DNA of 56,446 nt, filler included, from Gonapodya sp. JEL0774 (lineage: Eukaryota), in the NCBI GenBank assembly GCA_027604505.1. It is 2 parts of 2 records of this genome, joined end to end, with 100 filler letters (N's around TTAATTAATTAA, not from the genome) between each part and the next. Parts side by side here need not be neighbours in the genome. Positions count along the whole stretch, not along the records: positions 1 to 28,259 come from JADIIX010000212.1; 1 more part is not named here. One strand, 5' to 3'. Below are positions 1 to 23,300 of this stretch, in pieces. How positions within the stretch are numbered: the first letter of the stretch is position 1; each line of letters begins with the position of its first letter. A program made the translations under genes and the position numbers. The notes beneath the pieces are model-generated. The model did not search any database. It had not been told where the DNA came from and saw nothing but the letters and a program-made list of their open reading frames with translations.

Positions 1-395
1 GGGGCGGGGGGCGGCTGGGGCGGGCCCGCCCCCGCGGGGGGGGCGGTGTGGGGCGCCGCGCGGGGGGCGGGGGGGGCGGGGCGGCCGGGGGCCGGGGGGG
101 GGGGGGGGGAGCCGAGAGGGAGGGGGAGTGGGGGTGGTGGGGGTGGTGGTGGTTGTGAAGTATGTAAACGGGGGATGAAGGAAATGCGGGGTGGAATGGT
201 GAAATCTCGTCATGGACTTGGAGCAGGGAAGGCTCCGCCTCTCCCGCAGCACCACGGTCCACCCCCATGTTTCCGGCACGCGTCACACATCCCACGCCAA
301 CTATCCACCTCTACTCTCCCCCCCTTCCCCATCCCCATCCCCATTTCTCCCTTCAACTCCACCCCCACAACACTCCGCCCCCCCCCTTGACTCAC

Positions 396-1771
396 CACCA
401 CCTCCATCGCCACCACCCAACACCTCTCCTTGACCACCTCGTCCCACTCGAATATCGACCTGTTAACGACCGTGAAATGGCCTTGGTGGCGGTGGACAAG
501 GTGGGCGAGGCTTGTCGTGTTGGAGGTGCGGGAATTGGAAGTGGTGTTGGACGATCCACCCCCACCCCTCCCAATCATTCCCTCGCTAATCTCCACGCCT
601 GTGTACCGTGTGACCTTGTACACCTCTGGATCCTCTCTCTCTAACCACTCGAGCACCCCCGCCGCGAAGGTGCCGTTTCCCGGGCCGAGTTCGTAGATGA
701 GGAGAGGGCACGATGATGTGAGACGGGTGGAGACGTGGGCGGTGTGGAGGAAGCGGGCGAAGGAGTGGGCGTAGTGGGGCTGAAAGGGGTTGGAGGGGGA
801 GGGGGTTGGTGGGAAAGGAGACGAAGGGAGGACCGAAATGGGGTGTTTTGAGAGAAACAAGAAGCAGGGGCACATGGTGTGACAGGATAAGGTATGATGG
901 GACGTAGGTCCTGCGTCTGGTGGTGCACGTTCCATCCGCTCACTTGAACCTCCGTCACTCCGTCCCACTTTCCCCACCTCCGGTCACCCCACCCCTACCC
1001 TCATCTTCACCACAAACACACCTTGAAGAGTTCCGTCGGAGTGTGCCATATCTGGTTCGGCACTACGTTGTTATCCGCGACGGAGTCACCGGTGGTTGTG
1101 TCCCGTCGTAGTTTGGCCTCGATCTCCTTGTAGTGCTTCGCGAGAATGTGTTGGAACTCGTTCCCGTCCTTGATGGCGTTGAAGTCGAACGGCTGAGAGG
1201 GGGAGAAAATGAGCGCTCTCTTTGAAAAGTAGCCGTAGTTTGGATTGTAGAGGGCGTCGTGTATAAAGTGGCGAGTGAGCATGCGGGCGGATGTGGGCGG
1301 TTGAGAGAGTTTAGCGGTGTTGGAGGGAAGGTAGAACGAGTAGGAGCTGACAGGGAGAGCGGGAGCCGAATTGGAGTTTGGATCTGCGATTCTGTCCCAG
1401 TAGGAAGTGGACTTTGCACCGGGAGTGCGAGTAGTAGAGTGGGTGGTGGAGCGGTGAGGGCCAGAGCGGGTAGAAAGGGGTGCAGAGTGGGCGGAGTAGG
1501 GGGAGCGTAGAAAGTGCAGGGACACGGGGCAGACGGGAGACACGGGAGACACTAGGGACAAGGAAGATACCGCTGTGGCAGTGCGGCAGTGTCTGTGTCT
1601 GTGGCTGAGTGTCCGTGTCCCTGTCTGCGCCTGTCGTGCCGCTCCCTTTCCCTTGCCTCTCCCCCTCGACTCGACGACTCCCACTCCTCCTTTCACCACT
1701 CCTCCTCTCTTTCCAACTCTTTCCACCATTCCAGCTATCCCAACCACTCCTGCTCCAATGTGCATCCCCAT
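396..1771 (-). CDS. SAM-dependent methyltransferase, MidA/NDUFAF7 (DUF185, yeast YKL162C-like) family; exons ~1771-1022 and 779-396; 3' part not resolved, probably off the window
   Basis: Motifs TRHFIHDALYNPNYGYFSK, QIWHTPTELFK|PHYA, LLIYELGPGNGT (SAM motif I), TRYTGVEIS, VNRSIFEW, CWVVAMEV. GT-AG intron 1021-780 joins the frames; GTGAGT donor at 395. Start codon uncertain. Confidence 0.85.
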
Positions 1772-2755
1772 TTTATCAGCCCATATCTGGGACCAGGTGC
1801 TGATTGGTGGTGAGTGGTTCTACGTCGGGGATTATGTCACCGGTACCAAAGGGGAACTGGTCAGTGACACCTAATCACCATCAAGAATTCAAATAAACTA
1901 TTGTCCTGCTCAATGCTCCAGCTAATTTTGCGCAGCTCGACCTCACACCTCTTGCTCGACGTCAAAAACATCCATCGTTGTCCCAGCGACTTGAAGCCAT
2001 CTCCCTTGAGCTATCCTCGTCCAGGAATCATTCCTGCTGGTGGCAATTATCGGGCATGGATGCCGTCATCCGCCTTGTTGATGGTGTCTGAAAGTGCCTG
2101 CAGTGATTCTTGGATTGCTGCTGATTTGGCGAGGGGACCGGGCTCCTGGTGAAACGAGTTGTTCTCCAGAAGAGAGGTCGTTTCTGATTCACATTCAAGA
2201 TTGCACCAGCTTCCCAGGATCTCGTGGAGTATAGAAGCTCAACATCAGTGAGTTGTTCGTTTACTCCATCTGATTGCTGTCGGGCTTCGATACTGGACAT
2301 CCCGGTCGCATTCCCCGTCCGCACTGCCCCTTTCTTACAACATAAAAATGAACATGGGCCAATCCGCCAGATAGACCCACGTTCCTCCATTCACCTTGAG
2401 GCATGCTCGCTCAATCCCACTAACTAGCGCCTGCACTCCTGCTCCAAGCCATGTTCCCATTTTATCCTTCTTTTCTGTTTGCTCTCAGAGAATCAGAGCT
2501 GGCGAGTGCGATTCCCGGTAGGGCTCAGATTTTGCGACTTGTTATGTTTTTGAGGCCTGCAGAAGCAGTCAATTTCTTTTGTCAGCAACTTGTGGAAAGG
2601 ACCATTGAAGGATTACGTGAGTTCACTGACTCGACTTGAACATCAGGCGGTCAGTGACATTTTATGTTAAAATTTTATTGAAGGAGACGGTTCCCACAGC
2701 AGACTGTGGACACATCTCCTCTGGCTCTAACATCACCCACCACCGCTGTTTCTTC

Positions 2756-4680
2756 ATGGGAAACTCAGAGAGCCGCTCTCCAGCCCAATTAGACGCCGAC
2801 TGCAAACTCGTCGAGGCGGTCGAGAGAGGATCGATTGCCGACGTGAGGAGGATCCTCGACGAACAATTAGCCACGGTCACGGCCAGAAAGGACGTTCGGC
2901 TCGTCTGCGAGGTACAAGGAGTGGGAGAGCAGACCGTGAAGATGGATGGAATATCGGCGATTGGACTGGCGATCGTTCATGGTCACCGCGACATCCTCGG
3001 ATTGCTGCTGAGCGAGTGTCGGACCAACCCAGAGCGTGCAAGAGTGGGAGTCGAGTGGGCCATTCCCAACTGGTGTAGCGAGCTTCCTTGGCCCAAGGAA
3101 AGGTGGAACTCTGATTCGTGGTGGAGTACAAGGAACTGTGGGGTTTCGTTCCGGTATACGTTTGCAGATTCCCTGCTGTGCGCGCTGGGTTCCGTTGAAG
3201 TCTATGAACGCGGCGAATCGATTGTGGGATCTATTCTGAGCGGAATCATAGGTTCTTTTTCCAACCATAGAAGCTGGCGCCAACGTGCATACAGTGGAGA
3301 GTATTTGGCCGTTCCACGTGGTGGGAGGGTGACCATACGCAATCCCACATCGATCGAGCAAGTTACTTCCCACGGCAATATCAGTTTTCGACCGTCCCTC
3401 GAAACCGTCGAAATGATGCTGCCTTTCTTCCCCTGTGATAAAATTACCAAAAACCATTTAAGAGCCGCAGCCAGACTTGAGGACAGACAGTTCGCGGAAC
3501 TGTTGGAACGCCATGTACTAGAGGGGACGACTGGGAACACTACATCGCAGGAGCAAAAGTACAAGAAAATGATCGTCGTTTTACGTTTCACTCCAACGGA
3601 GGATGAGCACATACCTCTTCAGGTTGGCGAAACAATATTCCTCTACGACAAGGGATACGTGCGTGGTGCTTGATTGCGTGTTCGTCACGAGGTCCGGGGT
3701 TGTTCACACAGCTCGAAACTGTTTCCCTTAGGGTCGCAACATAGACACGCACAAGCTAGGATACTTCCCAATGTCGCACGTGGCTGACATAGTGAGATTT
3801 GTCTCGGCATCCCCAGGAGTTTGTCGCACCACACCTCACCGTGTCCACAGCCGCTACCTGCAGACCCTTGCTCGAATTCATCTCAAGACGCAGTGCCAAG
3901 TTTACATTCGGCTTCATCTTCTGCTTACGCGAGTTCCGGTTCTTCGCAGCTCGGAGGCTCAACAACTCCCCAAACGCTCCCTTCCTCCTCTTCCTCCTCA
4001 CCTTCAACTATCGATTCCAGCTCGTGGGAATTGGTCACTCAACCGTCAGTCTCGAGCTCGAGCTCGTATTTCGACCTCTCTGGAATCCTCTCCACAGATC
4101 AGATCATTTTCGTATCAGAAGTGGCTAACTGCACCTCGGCACAAGTGGCGAGTGCCGTACAGAGTGTCCTGCTCGAGAAACCAACTCTAATAGAAGATTC
4201 TGAGGCTCTTGCCGATGCCGCTATCACTTGGCTTGCAGCTCATCCACAGCAAAATCAAATCGCCAGGGCGGCGGAACATCCTCCAAACACTCGGGAGGAG
4301 GATGAACTCTGTGTGAGTGTTGGGTTTGGTAGTTCCCCCACGGTACTTTTGATCATATCTGGTGTCAAATGGCAAACAGATCATATGCGTAGACCAAGAC
4401 AGAGCCATGGCGTTTGTACCCTGGTATGTGGTGTACTTACAGTGTTTCTGACTTCTTCCCCACCAACAACACGCATCATTTCCTCACTTCACGCATACAA
4501 ATATTCAACCAAGTGGACACAAAGTCACTTGTGAACCGTGTAGTCGAAAATTCAGTGTCTGTCCTATGTGCAAGAGGGGAATTCAGTCGACATTAAGGAT
4601 ATTTGGTGAGTACTTGATTCACATGTCCACTATCACTTTCTGTTGCCATCCCACCTTTTGTCCCCAACTTCTCAGATTAA
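2756..4680 (+). CDS. Putative N-myristoylated modular E3 ligase: ankyrin-derived module - SH3 - Ser-rich linker - UBA-like - C-terminal RING-HC (~521 aa; exons 2756-3658, 3732-3791, 3851-4312, 4380-4423, 4514-4605, 4676-4680)
   Basis: Starts MGNSES. Five GT-AG introns give one continuous 1566-nt frame. SH3: VVLRFTPTEDEHIPLQVGETIFLYDKGY|GRNIDTHKLGYFPMSHV. UBA-like: DQIIFVSEVANCTSAQVASAV...LADAAITWL. RING: C|IICVDQDRAMAFVPC|GHKVTCEPCSRKFSVCPMCKRGIQSTLRIFD*. Confidence 0.8.
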
Positions 4681-6370
4681 AATCAACCGTACTTTTATAA
4701 TGCTATTGTTTTTTGTGCTTTGTGTCTCAATTTGTTTTTGTGTTTCTGGGTCTGTTTGTACTCCTTTAATCAATGTCAGCAGTCAGCTTGTAATGCATCA
4801 CACGCAACAAACGTCTCTGTCTGTTTACTGTGCATGCAGTTTCTGATGATCCAACTGTATGAGGGCCAGGTAGTTGGGATTGGAGCATTGATGTAGGATT
4901 TGTTGGTTCACCAATTGGCAGATACACTCTCTTTCAAAAAAAAATTGAAATCAAATATGACAGTGTGATTTTGCAGTTGTGTGCCACCTTGTCAATGTTT
5001 CCCAGCAGGAATCCCTGGTCTCAATGGAGTAATGTTTTCCACACATTCTTGCAGTGGGACACAACTATGTTTTCACGGTTCAGGAGTAAAGAGTTCTGTG
5101 ACCTTTGTAGTTTTAAGAACAATGGTAGAGGGAGGATCAAAAGTGCATGGAGTGACTCATTTGTGTTCTACACATATTGGCCACATGGTGTATATGGACC
5201 AAACTATTACTAACTGTACAGCTGCTGATTTGGCTTCAACTTTGGTGGGTCCAACTGCATTGAAAACAATGGGTCAGAGTAGGAAGCATAGAACAGGGTG
5301 ATTCAGAAATAATGTTGCTTTCTTCTTGCCTGTGGAACCTTTCAGTTACTCAATGTTCCAAGTGGCAAAAAAAAAAAAAAGGTGTTTTCACTAAGTCTTC
5401 TTGAAGAAAAGAATGGAGAGGCACGGCAAAAACAATGAGAATGATGGATGTTTCAAGTAGATCATAATTTCCACAATCAGGGGAGCTGGATATCTGAAAA
5501 AACTAGCAATGCTGCCAGTAGGGCAACCTTTCCCAAATTCCCCCTGTGGTACCGTAGCCATCATTGTGGGCTTTCCTTTGCATGCTAATAATTTCCCTCT
5601 GCTTTAGGCCCCTTTTGCAGCTCTGTGATCCTCCCTGTTGGTGGCAGATGGGCTGTGAGACAAGAATTGAGGTCTCGATTCTATATGTATGCTGTCTGTC
5701 TGATCCAGTTGGACCACTATGTGGGTGCGTCACAAAAATAATATCTACACTAAACTACGTCCCGCACATTGACTCAGTGGTCATACAACACTGTGCTGAT
5801 CACAATGTTTCTCCCTCTCTCCTGCTCCCCAAACATATGTTTCCTATTGAAATTTCCTTGTGATCTAGACACTCTGAAATCTAACTGCAAAACAATTATC
5901 AATTTGCAGAAAGTGGTCTCCCTGGTGGAACATCCAGTCAAAGTATGTGAAGCAATCACAGATCATGGACTCTGCAGCAACACTTACTAGGACCAATTGC
6001 TGTTGATGTATGGAAATTCTGTACATTATCTGTATGTTTAGTGGGTAAACTATGTTAGCCAGCCATCATAGATGAGTGGCATTTTTAATATACTGTGTTG
6101 CACATACTACAGAGAGCTGCAAATCCAACAGGTTATGAGCCTGGGACAATAACTATTTTCTAGAATGTGATTCAGAGGACAATTTGCCCTTGGAGTACCT
6201 CTAGGAATCTCCTACCTTCATAACTGGGGAATTCAAACCAATGGAACCTTTCAAGTAGGAGAGAAGCTTACTGAAGAAAATGGATGTTCTGAGTACTCTA
6301 TGTGGAAGCTGAGGATGGAAAAGGGGGGTGAAATGTTTGGGGTAGAAGGAACATTTAGAGGGAAGGGTAA

Positions 6371-7253
6371 ATGCCAACAGCACATTCACTGACTTCACTG
6401 CAATCACCACCACCACAACAAACCCAGTACCAGCACCAACAACTACAGCAGCAGCATCCATATCTGCCACTGCCAACAACTGGTCTTGTGACCATGACCA
6501 CATACCCCCATTATGAGCTGGACAACAGGGTCTTGGCAGCCCTCCACCACACCATGAACGATGCACTAAGTGATAGGATGGGGAACATGGCAAACAGGAT
6601 GGAGAAGGGGATTTGGGACAGTGTCATAGCGCAATTGCTGACTCCAACCCTGGTTGGAAAGGAGCTAGCCAGCACAAAGTGGTTGGCAGTTGGGCTGGAG
6701 GAATGCAGAGCAGTATCTTACCACAATTGAGGATGAATACCCAGGAATATACAACACATACACCCACTCTGAAAGGGCATTAATTGATAAGATCAAAGTT
6801 TCAATGAAATCAGAAGATGCAAGGAAAGAAATGAAAGTTCTGGCTAATGCTGCAGCTGTGGAAACCAAGACTGAACAACAACCTGGAAATCTCCTGCACC
6901 AACTGCTATTTCAACTGCAGAAAACACAGCCATAATACCGCTGATTGCTGGGAAGAGTGCTGGAATTGTACAGGATACCAGAGGCGGGACCGTCCTGACA
7001 GAAAGTCCAAACCAGAACTGGGGGCAAACAACACCTCATGTGGAATGGGGAGGAGCTCAGGCACCGGAATGATCCTGTACACTGCAGAATTATGCAAGGA
7101 GATGTAGATTTTGATGAGAACACATTTGAATATATCACCCACGCTGTTCGAAACAGTGTCACACATCATAAACTAAAGTCTGGGACTGTTTCCCAGCCAG
7201 TACGTTTCACAGTATCTCCACTGCATGGAGCGGTGATGAGGTGGAGCACCTGA
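6371..7253 (+). mobile_element. Decayed Gag-like (retroelement) relic with degenerate zinc knuckles
   Basis: Overlapping ORFs in shifting frames (6371, 6690, 6847). YFNCRKHSHNTADCW resembles the CX2CX4HX4C knuckle with C>Y and G>S changes, followed by CWNC. Region is strongly CpG-depleted. No RT, integrase or LTR recognised. Confidence 0.4.
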
Positions 7254-7439
7254 AGTCCTGGTCAAATGGATTGTTCACTCTGACCCCATTGAACAAGAGG
7301 TGATATGCAGATATGTGAAGACCTGGCAATTTACTCTGATTAACAGCTTAAATATGTACATGTATTGTACATTAATAATGTCCAAACATACACAATACAA
7401 CAGAAGGGAAACCTCATTCATCAAAATTGTCTGGCCCTT

Positions 7440-19485
<12,046 letters not shown>

Positions 19486-21167
19486 TGGCAGTGGATGCCG
19501 ATGAATGAAATGAGCGGCAGGAGCTCAGGCTCAATCGCCTGTGGTGGACCGCAGGAGGTTACCCAACACTCAACCCAATCGACCCTACACTCGAAAATTA
19601 ACCGCAGTTTTCAGAATTGGAATTGCAAGTGCAACACTTCATGTGTTGCCGCTTGACTTCGAAAGATAATGGCCCTTTCTCCCGTTGATGTCTCTCATAC
19701 TTAACACCACTTACTATGCATCGTTCCACGGCCATCAGTCCTCCACATTATAAAGGATGTGGACCGATTCTTCCTGCCATGATTCCTCTATTATCACAAA
19801 TAATTCCTCGTCTTGGGATCTAGCGAGTAATCTCCCTCCACGTTCGAATAGGAGCTAGAGTCGGTCCCGATCGCAGAGCTCGGTAGGCCCGCGATTCTTA
19901 CGAATCTCTTCCCCAGCACTGGATATGATTTCAATCTCGGTAGTTACAGCTGGAGAGAATAAGATTACAAAGATGAAAAGAGTGATAACAATATATGATA
20001 GAGAACGAAGGAATGACGACGACATTTGCACAAGAAACTGTCCTCTGCATTTTGTGCCCGCGGATTCGTTCTTCTGTGGCGGTACGTACGTAAATTGAAA
20101 ACATCTTTCTGTTAACGACAATCCATTTCTCCTCTATCCCTGGAAGCGAACGCTTCCGTTGATTTCTCGGAGGTACAGTGTGAAATTCATTGCATTCCAG
20201 CTTGTGCGACGTTGATTCGACAACAAAGGACGTTTGTCGAGATTGTAACCCAGCACATATACTCGGCGATTGCTTTGGTTGTGGTTAGGCTGGTTCGGCA
20301 GTGCTGTGACGTGTGCAAGTGGATACATTTTTGACGTTGGAGGACTCATCCTGCACTGTGCATTAAGATTCATCAGCAGCGGCATTCCTATGAGAGAGAC
20401 ACTCCCAGAAGTGCTCTTCACTTTCGCTCTGAACAACCGTCTCCAACCCAGACAAGGTGAGGCCTTTGAAAATGCACTTCGCCGGACATGCCACATTGTT
20501 CCCATGCTCAGCACAGATCATGCGGAGTACGTAGCAGATGTATCCACAACAGATCCATCCACTAAAGACGAGAAGTGAGAACATCTCAACTGTATTAATT
20601 GGATACATAACTCGCAACCAGTCACCAAACTCAAAGGTTCTCATGTGAACTTGCTAAACACGAAAAACGTCTGATGACAGTCGATACGGCAGGACGCACA
20701 TAAATGGATTGGTTATCTGCATTGCGTTTGTCTGTAATAGCGCTTGCGGTCATCAAGATAAATCGAACTCAGCGCCAGGACAAGGGCGAACAGCATGAAG
20801 TCCACTACTACCGCCGGAGGAGACGCCACAACATCGGAAGAGATTCTGGAAAGAATAGATTTCGTAAAATCTGCAAGCTGTTACATATTTCCGGAGTAAT
20901 AAACTCGAAATGTTCTCCCGTTTTGGAACGTCTTCACCTTTTCGGCTATACCAGTCCTCCCTACCTTTACTTCCCCAGCTATGGGTGCCACACGGGTATT
21001 AGTTATCAAACCCCTTTTCATCGTGATTTGAACGCAACTGCACACGTTTCTGTAAAAGGTGACCCAATCCTCACTTTCTATCATTCTCTCGTGACATCCG
21101 CGTCTCGAATCTCCCGCTCAACGTGCTCTATCAGGATCCTCAGTCGTACGTTCCATACACCACAAAA

Positions 21168-23017
21168 ATGACTCTCTCAAACGGACGTCTCCAAGAACAC
21201 AACGTCCAGCACGATGTCGGAACGGAAGTTTTGATAAACCAGCTCCGTGCCAAGGCGAAGGCGAGCGGCGAGCACGAAAAGACAGGTGCAATTCGATGTG
21301 AACCTGTCCGCACAAAGATTCTCCGACGTGCTTACGTTTTGTTCCGAACTGTTTTTTTTTTACCTTACACGCCCATTCACCGCTCTATTTCAGCCAATGA
21401 TTACATGTCTCTCTGGAAGGACAACGAGGAAATCGCGGTCAAGAAACCTGCTGATGATGAGACTGCCATTGAGAAGCGGAAGGAGAACGCAACTGTGATG
21501 ACGAACTATTATTATGATCTTGTCACGGATCTTTATGAGTACGGTCAGTTGCCACATTACTTGCGGGAAATTGAATCTTTTCGTCGGGAGTCTAATCTGA
21601 TTTTGACTGTCCACAGGCTGGGGACAGTCTTTCCACTTTGGTCGGATGTTCCGCGGCGACTCGTTCGCACACAACATTGCTCGTCACGAATGTTATCTCG
21701 CTCTACATTCCGGCCTCAAACCCGGCATGAAGGTCCTTGATGTCGGTTGTGGTGTCGGTGAGAACAAGTTGATCCAACCATCGAAATTGGGGATCAAGCT
21801 GAGTACAAACCCTGACGAAACCTACCCTCGGTCGCATGTCCCTGGCAGGCGGCCCCATGCGCGAGATCGCCAAGTTCACCGGCGCCTCCATCGTAGGCCT
21901 TAACAACAACGCTTACCAAGTTCAGAGATGTGGATACTATGGCAAGAAATACGGCTTGGAAAAAATTACTTCTGCAGTCAAGGTTGGCTCATCTGATCGC
22001 GCAAAGATTACATTACAGAATGTCTAACCCTTGCTTACGGGAATTCAGGGAAACTTCCTAGATATGCCGTTTGAGGCAAATACGTTTGACTCTGCTTATT
22101 CTGTGGAAGCCACGTGCCACGCTCCACGCCTCCAAGATGTGTATGGCGAGATTTTCAGGTCAGTATTTTGGCTATCCGGTGTTCGAACACATTGCGGAAA
22201 CCTTCCGCAAACAAGTTCCTGTTCTTGAATTGACTCAATCGATTTTGAACGCACCTTCCAGGGTCCTGAAGCCGGGGCAACTCTACACTGCATATGAGTG
22301 GTGCACAACTGACGATTACGACGAGACGAACGCCGAACACAAGAGAATTGTGAGGGCAATTGAGGTAAGTCGTGTCGCAATTATTCTCAGATCCCCAAAA
22401 GCGTGCTGATCCGAACCGTGTCATAATCACCTCCTAAATCCACGCTACAGGAGGGAGATTCTCTTGCGCACATGTACCGAACATGGGAGTGTATCCAGGC
22501 TTTAAAGGATGTTGGATTCGAAGTAGAAGCCTACGAGGACCTGTCGGTTCCTCCAAAAGACGCTCCAGAGGCTCAAGTAGGTTTTTATTGAGATGTGCAC
22601 AAGTCGCGAACTTCCCTTTAAGCCAAACGCACCGCAAAAAGGAACCGTGGTATTCGACACTTGAGGGCACATTTTCTAAGGGAACTTTGGAGGGTATGAT
22701 AATCAACTTCCGGATGGCACCCACGGGGCGATGGTGAGTGCATGCCTCACTTTCGACTGTGGTACTAGATTTTTGAGACGCAACTTCCCTTCCTTGTATC
22801 CTTCAGGTTTACTGACCACATGCTCGGACTCCTGGAAATGATTCGTCTTGCGCCAAAGGGAATCAACACGGCCCATCACGTTCTGCTCAAGGCTGCCGAC
22901 AACCTGGTTCTTGGTGGGAAAATGCATTTATTCACTCCAATGTTCTTCTTTAAAGCCCGCAAGCCCCTCACTGCCGCACCTCGCCCGAGGCCTGCAAACT
23001 CCCAGTTCAAGAAATAG
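21168..23017 (+). CDS. ERG6: Sterol 24-C-methyltransferase, multi-exon
   Basis: [80 protein letters not shown], and C-terminal [18 protein letters not shown] ending in TAG at 23017. Confidence 0.96.
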
Positions 23018-23300
23018 AGCCGAGAACGTACTTCCCACTTTTATGTACTATTTCTACTGTCCACATGTAAGACGTCTGCAATATAAGTTTCAACAAACTC
23101 ATCGAAGTTGGGAACAACGTGCGTCCGACCTCGATGGAAATAATATGATTTGATATCGGTACCGTGAGAAAACGCGATCGACAGTTCGGGGATGGATTCG
23201 TTATATGATATGGTCCGGCTGACACGTCTGGTTTGGATAAAACGGCACGGAATCAGAAGTCATCTGGACGAAATCGTTGCGGCAGGCACGCTTCAACCAC

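Noticed and set aside
46..390. Gly-rich ORF at the window start
   Set aside because: It derives from a near-pure G/C tract and is antisense to an intron of the methyltransferase gene; probably low-quality sequence.
1519..1560. 9-bp imperfect repeats (VSP-VSP-VCP-VSL)
   Set aside because: Short low-complexity slippage in a presumed N-terminal targeting region; not informative.
3771..4534. ORFs 3771-4190 and 3821-4534 as separate genes or a frameshift
   Set aside because: A 59-nt GT-AG intron (3792-3850) joins them in frame within the E3 gene.
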